This document shows positions 42,554 through 56,203 of a stretch of 64,000 bases of DNA, in pieces (the first letter of the stretch is position 1; the number at the start of each line of letters is the position of its first letter). The position numbers were made by a program, and so were the translations under genes. Location: contig NW_025767356.1 of assembly GCF_003918875.1 (NCBI RefSeq), positions 248,001 to 312,000 of the forward strand. Reading direction: 5' to 3'. Source of the stretch: Haliotis rubra. Its lineage: Eukaryota. Below the pieces are notes generated by a model that did no database searches, was not told the DNA's origin, and saw nothing but the letters and a program-made list of their open reading frames with translations.

Positions 42554-43936
42554 TCGATTATAAACAATGTACAGTGACCCTTTTAAAAATCCTTTAAAGA
42601 CTGCCATCGTGAGACAGTATAATAACCAGCAATATGACACCGAATGTGTTAAAACTAGTTGTAAGATGAAATATCTGATTATTTGTTTACGATACAAAAG
42701 TAGTAATGGGGCTATAGATCACCAACAAGAAAGGCAAGATCACCATGCTGATGACCATGGGAACTCACGGTACCTCTGCTTCATTCATGGTTGCCCTTGG
42801 AAGGTTTGTATATGTAAGATATTACTAAACTACAAAATGAATGGAGGGGATGTCAACAGCCGGAGGAAGAGCTGAACATAATCTACCCAAGATATCACAT
42901 AAACATAACTTACAGATATTTACAAATCATAGGGTGGCAAATATATCTATAAATGCACAAGCAATATATAAATATAACTACTAGTATTTTGAAAAACCCT
43001 CTGCGTGAACATCAGTATAACTAAAACACCTTCACATAAATATAAGCTTGCTATAAGATAATCTATACCACACGGTCACTGAAATACAGAAGAACCTTGT
43101 TTATCGACCCGGTAACAATAAATATAGTGTATTTTCACAGCGGAACACATAAAGTTGCTGATTCACTTGACAAATTAGGTCCTGTTTTTCCTGTTCAAAA
43201 TAAGACAATATTTTTGTAACATAGTTCCTGTTGTGTCAAAACTTCTCGTGTGTACTTAACCCTGGTTCTGATGACAATGTGATTATGGGTTGAGTTGTGC
43301 TTCCAGTGCATACGTGTTCTGTTCTAAATACAAAATGTCAGCAGAAGTATACCCAGTTTTGGTTACCCACAGAAACTGTAATAACTCATATCAGCTTCTG
43401 CTATGCGTGTTATGTGCGATCAAATATTAATATCTTATTCCTTATATTTAAAAAATTAATTATTTTCTTGTCATATATGTATGACTATGAGTTTTGAAGA
43501 CATTTCACGTATCAGTTTGCTATTATCTAGGTACGGCCATTGCCTACAGTAAACCCAAGGTAAAATTGTGCCCACCATCTAAACTCTCTGATACTAACCA
43601 CGTCTGATATGTGATCCCATCTATCGCCAATGACACAGCAGGTAGGCGCTGATGAATATCTGACAATAAAACTGTTCAACTCAACAATAAGCATGCGTCA
43701 TGTACGCCACCAAGGAATCCGTTAGAAATAGAGATGTGTCCTTTCACCAACCAAATACGTCTTGGACATGATCGGGAGACGTGTACGCCACCATCAAAGT
43801 CCATGTTCTTATATTAATCCTTTCCGTAATAAGGCATATATATTTCAAACTGAAACGAACAAGGAAATCAATTTCCATTACTCAGTAAACGGACGTTTTT
43901 AGATCTTAGTGTGCTCGCGTACATTGAGCGTGACAG

Positions 43937-46900
43937 ATGGCTTTGTCGTCCAGTCAACAATGGGTTGGCTCTATAATGACGGGTCTGATACTGGCGTGTG
44001 CGGAACACGGTAACTGTACTGTAAAACACTCCATGTCAGGTTGGTAAAGACATTTGTGTTACAATTTAATTAGAAGTGTAGAAAGTAATGCACTGTAGAG
44101 AGAGTAGAGTGTAATTTGATCAGATGTGTTGTCATCATTATCATTTTAACTTCCATCTCCATGGATGCTGAGCTTGATAACAGCTGCAACTTGTTGGTCA
44201 GACCCACACCTGATTATTTCCTGGCTACCTTACTTCAGTAATGTCAGATGTGACGGTATTGAGTCTTCTTAATAATCCAAAACACCACACTCCGGCACAG
44301 CGATGACTAACATAACATCACAGCCACAGGCTAATTTGCATATCACGTGACCGGACTTTTCTCTTGTTTGTTATCAAACGCGCATATTCATAATAATAAG
44401 AGACTGGGCTCACGAAAACTTTTTCGGCGCTCTCTTCATAATGTTTTACATTGTTACATAATATATAATCTTCCACAACTGCGACAGTTAGGTCTATGAC
44501 AGTACATATTTAGATATCAAACTGGTTGCATCGTTTGCTCTCCGTCGGCTTCGATGACTGCACGTGGAGCCGTACAACCTATGTAAACAAAGGATCTGTA
44601 CGCAAATCTAAATAGTGTTACATGTTTTGGGATGTTTTCTCAGCGAAACTTAACCATTCTATTAAAGATGTTTAGTTAGATGTGTAGACTCGTCAAAAAT
44701 AAAAGAGTAAAAGAAATCTGTACATTATATTGAATGGACATTGCAAGATGTGACGAATCGTCACATTTTTGTGGCCTGTGGCAGAGGTACTATGCTGGCT
44801 TGCCGCATGGAACTCTGGGTAGGTGAGTGCCAAAACACCTGTACATTCAATGTCACGTTTCAAATGTAAGTACAAGCAGGGCCTTATTTTACTTTTCAGA
44901 GAGTTCAGTGACCCCCTGCTACACGTTTCGCCACAACTCCAAACCGCAATCCAGGTATACAGTTCCTTGACCACTTGTAGACTATCACTGTGCCAAGGAA
45001 TCGGTAAAAGATCCACTTTATTGACATCAGTTCACCTCCATCAAAGTCATGGTTACACTATTCTTGTATCACGTCTATGCGGGTCATACATAACACTGTA
45101 CTATACACTGTACAATATCTGTTTTAAACTGATCTACTGAAGAATTGATGCAAAGCCAGTGTATTCCAGATTGACCTTATTGGCATGGATTTCTGATTAT
45201 GCAAATCTTTAAAGAGCATGTGTATTAATAGATTGTTACGTTATCAGAAGATATATTATTTAATAAAATTGACCCATCACGCATTGAAATATTTTACCTT
45301 CAGATAACTTGTCGTTTGAATCTTCCTGTGTCCCTCTGAACTGGAACTTGGCGGACACAGCCTGCAGAATGAAGGGCGCCGCTGTATTCACCCTCGTTGA
45401 TGTAGCAACATCACTTGGCGGCCATGCTTTGAAAAAAGCACAAGCGGATCATGGAACAATATGGATCGAAAATGATTTAAATGGTAATATCATGTCGCAG
45501 TTTCCACAAGACTTTGTCAATTGCGGCAAGATGCATGATAATTGAATGGAAACACACACATGCACACACATGCATACACATGCACACCTACATGCATGCA
45601 TACTATAAACGATAGATTTTTACAATAATTGTTTCAGTTTATTGCTATTGCGACTAAATGCCAAAGAAAGGTGACAAAACACGTCAATCGTGTAGATATT
45701 ATTTACGACATGGTTATCATTATTCGACAGGTACCTGCCTCGTAGCTGTCAGTGAGAGTCACACCTTCAACATGACAAGTTGTACAGAGCAGAACCATTA
45801 TCTCTGCACGTCGAACACAACAGGAAGCAGTGAGTACACACGAACCGATCTTATACCTCAGTTGTATATTTCAATACGTTAGAGAGTATAACCGAAGGAA
45901 TAGAATTACCCAACTAAAGTAATATCTCCCCTCTGGCAGTGAGAATTCATATTGACATTGGACATGCATGTACCAAAACTAGCACCGTTAGACGGAGCAT
46001 CTCTCCCGTCTGGTTTGATATTAAGTATCAAATAAACTGATGTGCAAAAGAAAGTACACAGGTTGTGTTTCTTCCAATAAGATAAAAATAACAAAACCTT
46101 TTGATGAAATGGAAAATGTATGTTGAAGCACACTGCAATACACGTGTTTTATCAGCAAAATGACATTGTAACAATAAACAGCGATGTGGTGATGACCACT
46201 GCAGACGGTTCCTACGATGCTGGAAGGTCAAGGCCATTCCACGCAGCGGTCGGTAGGCCCATACATGCCAGCAGGACGAAGTCGTCTTGTCACTGTGAAT
46301 CGGCTTACGCAATGACCCAATGATGTGGCTGCTGATGACGTCACCGTCAACATCCAGTTGCGTAGGTGAATAACCCGCAGAAAGCGATCCTCTTGGGGTG
46401 TTGTGACTCTGGAACGTCCACTTCTGGGTCGATCACACGTCTGGCCTGTCGTACTTAAACGGTTAAACAGCCGAATTATGGCTTGTCTTGTGCAACCCAA
46501 TGTCCTTGCAATATCGCTGTTGAAAGCACCCATTTGTGTCATTCCTTTGGCCCGTTCTCGTTGCGCCGACGTCAATCTTGGCATTTCCTCGTGAGATTTC
46601 TGTCAAGTGATTGTTCAGTCTTCACGACAAACAGGTTTTATACTCTCTGTCAGAAAAGTGCTGGTGCATGGGACAATAATCACAATTTTGCAAAAATTCG
46701 TAAAAAACACGTACAAATGTTTTTGGTTGCATTTTGGCAAATGAAACATGATGGTTGCGTTCTATACAATCAATGTTTTTCAATAATTTTATTAGTTAGA
46801 ACGCATATTTGGGTTTGCAACAACAATTACACCTGTGTACTTTCTTTTGCACGTCGGTTTACATGTATCAGTTTTAGCACATCAAAGTTGAGTGCACTGA

Positions 46901-48197
46901 AACTGTTACAATAACCAATGCAATGCAAACTGAAAACACGAATGTCTGTACATCGACAGATCCTGATTGGTATATACCGTGTCCAAACGACTCACCTGGC
47001 AAAGGTAATATTTTTCTGTTCATTCTGTAATGACATTTGCTATTGCATTGCGTGTCTTCACTGTTTTCTATATAAGATATGTACTATAAAATGTAAAATA
47101 ATGTCTCTTCGAATAGCATCAGTTCATCGCGTTGAGACACTGGTTAGGACTGGATAAGACTGACATCCATGATCTCTCATCGCTCAGAGATCCAGTGTAC
47201 AGTTTCTCATATGTTTACATAACAATCACCTCTGTGCTCAACTTCTTTTCCTACTTTGCGAATGTCTAAACATTTCTACCATAGCACATTAGGCCTGTTC
47301 CTTATTCTGTAGCTGTCATCACTGTTTTCAGTGATCCATTCATATAATATTCACAGCTTTTTTCCCCTGCACCGAAAACAATATGTTTCTAAGGATAATC
47401 GAGATTGTGTATCGTTTAGCATTTGGGTTCTATTTTTAAAACGAGCGAGGAAATGAACAGAGGGTTTATTTTGCATAACGGAAATATTTCAGTTTCATAC
47501 CGATGCACATATACGCTTGATGCGCTTTGTAAATTTTGCGAAAAACGGAATAGAATGTGTGAGGAAAAATATGGTATTCATTTTATACATACGCACATTA
47601 ATTATTGTCGATATATATTCAACTTCCTTGTGGGGAAGTGTTACTTCTCGGGAGGACATTGAAATCTAATGTTACGTCTTTTTTGCGAACTGTTACAAAT
47701 TAGTCACTGTGTAATTTTAGGTAAACACACTTTATCGGATATAACATGTCAAAATATAATACTCCATTTATTGCTTCTACAACACACAGGAACGATTGCG
47801 TCATGCCCACCGACATATGAAGGTGTCTTAATTATAAATATAATTATTGTTTCGTGAATTGAAATAATGCGAGAATGTAGCTCCATGTGTATTTTATGAT
47901 AGGCTTTCGTCAAGTGATTGATATCCTTGATGGGTATCATCAGCTGATATTTGCAGGCCTGCCTCAACATAACTGTTATGATTTTATATATCTATGTATA
48001 TTCTTTTTAAAAATGCATTATTTACAGATTGTCACACATGCCTCTGTATTATTTACCATGGTAGAGAACCCTTCTAAAATAATTATTACAATAACGTAAC
48101 AGTGAGTAAACCAATCATCTTTGTGTGACATGTTATATATTCAGGTATAACGCCTGCTTTTGTCGTCGCTGTGATGTCGGCCATCGTGTTATCATAA
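43937..48197 (+). CDS. G7: CTLD-like member whose TM exon ends in a stop (tailless, GPI-like or pseudogene)
   Basis: Signal exon 43937-44039 (alternative donor at 44009), 45304-45483, 45731-45829 (GTCLV...TSCTEQNHYLC), 46960-47004 (WYIPC), possible 47790-47822, then 48145-48197 GITPAFVVAVMSAIVLS*. Confidence 0.75.
46035..46859 (-). mobile_element. Internally deleted Tc1-like transposon in a G7 intron
   Basis: TIRs aac(t/c)ga(t/c)gtgcaaaagaaagtacacaggt with TA flanks. ORF 46228-46584 encodes only the HTH region (DRPRSGRSRVTT); no DDE domain. Confidence 0.9.
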
Positions 48198-50287
48198 CTC
48201 ACTGTTTCCAAAACCGGTACGATATATATTTTCGTGAACTGCTATACCTGGTGTATATCAAAACAATTATGTGAATGTACAATGACAGCAAGTAGTAGTA
48301 CTGGTTATAGTTCCAGTAGATACTAGCAATAAGCAGTTCAAGAGACACTGCCATACTAACTTCGAATATATATGTGTATTTATACCTTTATAATCCTAGC
48401 TTCTGGGTGGGCGAGCGAGCGGTTAAAGCTCATAGTATCGTACTGATGGGTTCGAGTCTCGAAATGGTTGTAATTGGTGAATGACTGCATGCGGCGTAAA
48501 ACCATACTCACTCTTTATCTTTCAGAACATAACGTGATGGAATAAGGGGAAGAGTAGAGTCATCATCTGTACATATGATATGTACACTGTACATCACACT
48601 AAAACCCTTGAGGAAATAGCGATTCACTAGTCTGGTGTATGACCAGGATAGTCTCGCATCATTCTGACAACTATAGGTTTACCCATTTCCCCAAAGTAGC
48701 ACATGTGACCGTGTTGTTGCCTCAGTGGAGAGGTGTTTCTCATATACGTGTAATTATCTTAAAGTGTTCGAATCCAAGAATACCAGTCACGAGACACAAA
48801 CGAGTACTGCGGGACTGAGAAATAATCCTAATCAGCACGACACGTTGTGTCGACTGGTGTGACATGTCTGTTTATTGAGGCTTGTTGATTGGGTTTGATT
48901 TAGTTCGTGTACATTGGCTAATAAACATTCATAAGTAACATGAAAACAGAGATTCGGTTGTTGTTGTTTTTGTTGTTGTTGTCAAAGCTGTCAACAAGGA
49001 ACCTACTGGTTTTATTTTGTTTAATTTGAGTACTTTGAAAGGGAAATAAAAATGAAAACTAATTTAGAAATATTTCCTCACTAGAATGCTCCCAGACCTG
49101 ACGCATATATGTTTTTCATTGCATTTTGCTGTACATATAAAACAAGTCAGTTCATAACATCCACATTTTCTTTACACCCGTCTCCCACCATGACCTCGGT
49201 TACAAAGCTATCCCAGAGATTGCATGGATTGGTTTCGCAGCACTGTTTTCCTGTTGGTTAAGATCAGCTTTAGCGTCAAACTGGCCTTTACTTGAATTGC
49301 CTTGTATTGACTTGATATGGAAAACAATATTAATGGTATTCATAATTATTTCTAGTGGCTGCAAGTAAGTCAGCATTGATAACTATATTACCCCGTTCAT
49401 AAAGAACTCGATTAACATCTGATTTATTTTGATCTCCACACAACGGCAATGCATGTGTGTATTAAACAATAATATTCGAAAACTGTTGCTCTCTTCACAT
49501 CTGGTGATATATTACCCCGTGCCATCATGCCCGTGCCATTAAAACGTGCCATCATGTTTTACAGTTTGTGGTATTGATAATTTACAAATTTTGCAATTGG
49601 CGCCTGCAACTCTGAAAATATGGGCTGAAGTCTTTTCAGTGACATGCTTATGTCTATTTGATTAATAAATATTAAACGAAATGAACATATAACATGATAC
49701 AATGAGGTGCCCTGTACGTATACAATGCTACTTGTATATATGTATCTTCCGGTCTCTTCACTCATTAATTTCTGAACTTGTACACAACAGACACAGTTTA
49801 AAATAACCAAGACATGCTATATATTTATGCAAGTCAACATATGTGTTATTATGTCACATGATTGTCTGATCTATCATTGGATTGTGTGGTTTATTTACAT
49901 GCCGACGTAGCACAACCATCAGTAGTTGTGTACAAAGTTAGGCAACAAGCAGGTATTTGGTGTTTTGTGCAGATCATGTTTTGCGAAAAGCTGATGCTGT
50001 CACTGATTTGCAGGGGGTTTCCAGTGATTATGATTTCCATTCCAATAACCTTATACTGATTATTCCCCTATGTTGCCGTTATTGTTGTTGTTGTTGTTGC
50101 TGTTGCCGTTGCCGTTGTATGCTGACTGCTCCATTACCACTACAATTAGTTACGTTGTGACAAAAACGAAATAGATTATATTCATAGATTTTTTCAACCC
50201 TTATTATATGAATACCAGGAAGAGATGTCGAAGTTACAACTCCCCCCTCGCTGTCACAAGGAAACACTGTACACAAACCTGTCGAAC

Positions 50288-53200
50288 ATGATGAACACAG
50301 TTGTAGCTGGTATAATCTGTGCTACTCTTGTAAGGCTTGAGTTGATACTGATGATATTGGGAGGTTCACATCCAGTGAGTACTCGCCGGGCAGGTACGTC
50401 GTGTACTCATTGCACGAATGGTGTGTTGTTTATGGTAGGATCTGCGTGTGCGTGCGTGTGTCCGTGTTGTGCGCTCCTGTCGTTATGTGAGCCACTTGCG
50501 ATTGCTATTTGTTAGAGGACTGCATAATGCTGACCATTTTGTTGTTTTAGAAAAAATATACTAGTACAGAAGAAATAGCTACATTTCAGTAAACTAAAAC
50601 ATCATTGCACCGCGTATTGGGTTCGATCGTGACATGATTGTGAACCATTTCCCCTCACCGCAATGTAATGTCTTGTCTAGAACCTAATGCTGACATTGGG
50701 CCGGTGGGGTAGCCTACTGGTTAAAGCGTTGGCTCGTCGCGCCGAAGACCCGGCTTCGAATTCCCACTTGGGTACATTGTGTGAAGCCCATTTCTGGTAT
50801 CCCCCGCCGTGATGTTGCTGGAATATTGCTAAAAGCGGCGTAAAACTAAACTCAGTCAGTCAGTAATGCTGACATTAATCACCCTGAACCCATATTGAAC
50901 GTTTACTGGCTAGTAGAGGCGGTTTAAGGACATTGACTGCAAAATGCAAATTTTCCCAAAGACTTTAACCACGTACTGTGCCACAACCTTTGGAACCGGC
51001 AAGATAATTATGATCATCTACACTGATGCCCATATTATCACATTTTGCTAGTACCGCATGGATCTGAAGACATGTCTTGATGGCTCCCACTATCCTCTAC
51101 GTGGTGTGTCATATTTAGGATTGCTGTATGATCCGAGGTCATTTTGAGGTCAGTGGTTTAGTATTGCCTCACCTGTGGTATCTTTAATATTAAATAGTAC
51201 GAATGATACACGTGCATTCATTTTCAACAAGGTTACATTTACTCTGGCAAAAGCTTCGTGTTGTGATGATATTAATGAGGAAGATGGGATTCGTTAATCA
51301 TGTAATCGTGTTGATCCCGTTAGACAAGATGGGGAGAAGGTGCCCGCTGAAACGTTATTTTGGTTTGGAGAACACTTGACTGGACTTCGCGTGTGTTTAT
51401 TGGATCATAAACACATCCTTTTATATGGCAGGTATCACACGTGTGACCGTGGAATGGCATTGCCTGACTTTATTTGATTACTAGCATGTAACTCAATTAG
51501 TAGTAAAGCTTTAAAAATATTTGCTGCGGAAAAGAAAGTGATATATCTTGATAATAAGCTTGTTTAATGTGTGATGTAGTCAATGACTGACTAAACATTG
51601 CCCTGAAGTATTTATAATTAACACCTGTTTGATGTTTCGATTCATTCTCAACATTGCTGACATAGGACAAAAATGATGCTGAAATATATAGTATAGATGT
51701 GGAACATTATGTGCATGTTATGCTATGCTAATCATTTCGTATTATTGATATCTGTACTACATAGAAGCGGCAGAACCGTCATAAACATATGCGAAGTCTA
51801 GTCAGTTGTTCACCTGAAATAATTCGGGAACGTATGGTATAAGTCAAAATAGGGAATTGCATCGGACATCATTTTTGTCACTATTGCATCAAATTTTGAA
51901 ATTTCCTCCACATGTCTATCATAAAACTTCTTGAAGGCTTTTGTTGAGGCCTTGATCAAACAACTTCTGAGCAAGAGTGGCATGAGGCCCTATGAAATCC
52001 TGATAAAATGAGCACCTCCTTGATTGCCTCTCAAAATTTGTGAAATGTAAACATCAAAGGCTGGAGCTGTTGAAATATTGCTCGACATGAAAGGGAACTT
52101 GACTATTGGAATCATCCCTGTTGTCGCACAGCCTTGTGTAGATTTTTTGTCACTCTGAATCTTTATGCGTAGATCTAAACATGAAACAGTTGAGGCAGTC
52201 TCACTTGTCTCCTTAATTTCAAGTTTAGGTCGGTAAATCAGTGAAAGGCAATTAGCTGTTTGAGGGTTATTGAACGATATTAAATCATCGATGTACCGGA
52301 AGCTTATTAAGTTAAACTTCTTGGCCAACTTACCATGTTTTGATTCATATGCATACAGAACCAGATCCGCAAGGAGGGGGGCACAATTGGTTCCCATGGA
52401 GATGCCTGCGTCTTGGCGAAATGTTTTACCCCCACATTTCACAAAGATGTTATCAATGAGAAAGTTCAGCATTTCACATATTGTTTTCTCGGTAAACTTG
52501 AAATGACATTTGCTTTCATTTTTTTACACATTGTCCTGAACCTCTGAAGATAGATATGTAGGTATATCTTTGTTCACCACGTTTGTTTACAAAGCCCCAT
52601 GAATCAAGGAATGGAGTTTTTCCTTGATTGTTATGTTTGTGTACTTGTTTTTTGTATGCTAACATCTGTTTGAAATCTGTGTTTCCATGATGTCTTTACA
52701 GTATTGCCCAGTGTCCATGGGTCCTGCTTCCCCGCTAGTGCAGCGATGGCGAAGAAAAACTGTGAGGAGAGAAGCGGGGTCTTATTCAGCATTGATGACC
52801 TGAAGATGGCCCATGCTCTACGTATCATGGAATTAGCGATACAAGACTTGGGAGACATATGGATGTTTACGAATAGTGCAAGCACTTTAGAGAGAAGTAC
52901 GCTTATCAAATGTTCATGATTTTAATGTTTAAATAAAATCGTTAGTATATTTGATAAAGGGTAAATATATGTTTGAGTTTTACAAAGACCAGTGAACGTT
53001 TGACATTATACGTTCGTCATAGATTGTAAATGACCGTTATTAACGGTTCATTGTTACGTTTATTACAGATCTGGACGTGGCCGGAACGTGCCTTACTGAC
53101 GTCAACAACAACCGTAAGTAGATCACATTAATGTCACATACAGAAGGACAACGCATAATCATTTGGTCAGGTTCATATCATCAATATCTTAACATAAACC

Positions 53201-56200
53201 ACTAATATTTACATAAGAGCAAACACGTGGCGATAAGGCAATGATACATGTAGCTGCCACAGTCATGATGGTTTACTGGCTGTATACGGCAATGTGTACA
53301 TTCACTCAGATAGGCAATCTCCATCAGTTGTTTACCTACATGTATGCATTATGCATCTATTCGTTCTTGTTGGTGGAAAGAGACACTTGCAAGGAGATAT
53401 ATCTGAATGAATCGGTGGAAATCAGTTATGTAACCAGGTTGCCGTATACATGTCAGCATGTCCTGCTCTATCGGTATGACCCTCAAGCCACAACATTGTT
53501 ACAGCAAGGGGTGTGTAAAGAGTAAATGGATGGCAGCTCACATAACGGCGATGATGTGCGTATGCAGCATCACGACAGACTAATCTTTCTATGTTCAACG
53601 TTCCTTCACACTGTTCCAGGTTCCTGTCCTAAGGGCGTCAACTGTGGAGACTTACATGGATGCTGCAAGTCTACGGTGACAGGTTTGTATATATAGTAAT
53701 GTCATAAAATATATGCACTGCTGATATTTGGGGATGGATATTCCTCCACTTTTCTTGAAACACACATATGTATATAAACTGTGTAGACGGGTGGACTAGG
53801 CGAGTGTTCAGGGCTTTCGTTCGCCAAGCTGTTGAATCGGGTTCGATTGCAACAGATGATTCAACTTGCAAATCACGCTTCTGTTAATGAACACTATCTG
53901 GGGGATGGGAATCTGAAAATGTTATACATGTAAAATTCATTAATACGCTGTTTTGCACATGTATGTGTTTTCATAGAAGCTGTCATTTCATGAAATTGTA
54001 TCAGTATTGCATTCTATAACTCGATATACTAAATGTAATTGATTAATCCACAAACTATTTGTTTTCAAAGATTCGACAGGTGTTAATACCTTCACAAGAA
54101 TCAGCTGTGAGGAACTGCGTCATTATGTCTGTAAAATAAACAGCAGTAAGTATACATTATTTGAAATGATAAATATATTTGTGTTAGTGCTACATATTGA
54201 TTGATCAGCTACAATGGGTGTGTGGCTGGGGGTGTCCAGGTCGCCACAACGTCACCGTTAACTGTGCGCGTTTGCTTCTCACAGGCACGAAACAAACTCA
54301 AGTTGCTGGTTCGAATCACAGTTTGCCCCCCCTTCCTTATTTGACAAAAATGTACCTAACATTGTGTAATCTCCCTAAGGGACATCACAGACCCCCGAAT
54401 TGCCCCTTTTTTCATCATTCCTACCTCTATAAGGTCGTTGGGGTAGCATAGTGGTTAAAGCGTTCACTCGTCACATCGAAGGCCCGGGTTTGATTCCGCA
54501 CATGAGTACAATGTGTGAATCCCATTTCTGGTGTCCCCCGCCGTGATATTGCTGAAATATTGCTAAAAGCGGCGTAATGCTAAACTCACTCACTCCTACC
54601 TCTATATCCAACTGTCATCTACCTCTATATCCAACTGTCATACTGTCATCCTTTTAGCCGATTCACTAATTTCATATCCGTTTTGTTAATTTATTTCACT
54701 CACCTGTAATTGTTTGTAAATATTCACGACCCAGGATACGTTGACATGCAATCAGATACGTCCCCCGGCCTGACCGCATAATCTGTGATACCGACTCTAC
54801 CGGGCCTAGTCCAGTATTCCTACTCTACTTTGGTATGCTGAACATAATACATTATGATTATATTGGGCTCCGCATTCTCATCGAATTTGTGATTTGGAAC
54901 ATTTAACGCATTCCTCTGCATTTTCAGCTGGTCAAGATTTTCGCGGGAACAGTAAGTATGGTCGGAAAGCACACATTCGCGCCGCGAACTCATAAACAGA
55001 TCAGAAATTGTTTGTCATGTTAAGGTGGTATCCATACTCAAGAGGAAATTATAATAATACTGAGAAGTGAATCCTTTGTAAATACAGAAGTAAATCATAT
55101 CAACAGTTACATTTCCCTCTGCTACTACTATGTCGTTGACGTCTACGTTAACGTTTTACAGTACACCGTTCAACGGCAAAAGATCCTGTGTATACTGGAG
55201 TTGTGACCAACAGAAATATCCGGAATCCCCTTTTGTATTTCACCAGAATAAGTATCTGGACTCAGTTTATGAATTTTTACATTTACTGATCATACACCTG
55301 AGGAAATCACTTGTTATTATAATGTGTACTGAATTATGTTGTTTGTAATCAACATGTATTGCTCGTTGTAGGAACCAAAGAAATGTACATTCCATGCATG
55401 AACGACACATCTTCATCAAGTGGGTAAAGCTTCAGACTACATTTGGTTCTAATCTAAACTTGTATCCGACTAGTATGTCAACGTATTATGACATCGGTGT
55501 ACGGAGTGATGATTGTTTTTGTGACCACACGTTGGAAGGGTGTTAACGTTTATATATTGCTATTCCATAATATAACCCTTTTCCACTGCCACAGGGATGG
55601 ATTGTACTAGACCCACTGTATCTTGAGCGCGTGTCCGGGCTTATTCGTTGTTTGGTAACAAATGCTCTGTGTCGACTTTGAAGATTCAACACATATTATC
55701 ACCATTTATAACCACTGTATATATTATCTGCTCTTAAGTCGCACAATTCTTCAACAAAAAATTCCATATACTAGTGACTTGTTCAACAATTCTGATCTCG
55801 TCTTTGTTCCAGCTATTGCTATCATCATTGGCGTAGTCGTGACGGTGACGGTGGTGGCGGGCTTCATTACATGCTGCTGCTGTCTAATCAAGTGGTACGA
55901 ATGTGATCCTATCGTTTCTAACATACATTCTTCCATTTTGCCGATTGACCGTTTTAACGGGTTTGGTAGATAATGGAAATATATGGACAAGATATAAGAT
56001 TGTAATTATACTACATGTTAATGACGTTTCACACAAACCTTCCTTTATGCCGCTGCAGCGTCACCAAGCCGATCAAGTATGCAGTGCGAGTTCAGAGTGC
56101 GCTGTACCACAAGAACAACCCTGGACCGGGAGTAGCCGGGGGTCCTCAGACCAAACCACAAGACATGTTAGCTACACACGTGGTCAACCTTAACAACATG

Positions 56201-56203
56201 TGA
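50288..56203 (+). CDS. G8: CTLD-like type I receptor, Cys-rich juxtamembrane region, short tail
   Basis: Exons 50288-50393 (signal), 52702-52896, 53069-53113, 53620-53682, 54071-54145 (ISCEELRHYVCK), 54928-54951, 55372-55419 (MYIPC), TM 55813-55894 (...FITCCCCLIK) and tail 56059-56203. Confidence 0.85.
50698..50863 (+). mobile_element. SINE family A, young copy
   Basis: 13-bp TSD taatgctgacatt. Confidence 0.9.
51850..52630 (-). mobile_element. Penelope-like retroelement reverse transcriptase fragment
   Basis: ORF 51990-52472 has GISMGTNCAPLLADL, FRYIDD and FPFMSSNI..APAFDVYISQ; degenerate. Boundaries approximate. Confidence 0.8.
54432..54593 (+). mobile_element. SINE family A
   Basis: 13-bp TSD tcctacctctata. 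Confidence 0.85.

Larger units (their letters stand above)
39712..42593. mobile_element. Kolobok-like DNA element with TTAA TSD, nested foldback, THAP remnant and SINE
   Basis: ttaa|aggatttattaaaaggtta ... tgacccttttaaaaatcct|ttaa. Subterminal inverted motif gtgacgtcatacccgagagtc. VICSLHF remnant near 40870. Confidence 0.7.

Noticed and set aside
55162-55251. Extra G8 stalk exon
   Set aside because: Phase-compatible, but weak donor and no counterpart in paralogues.
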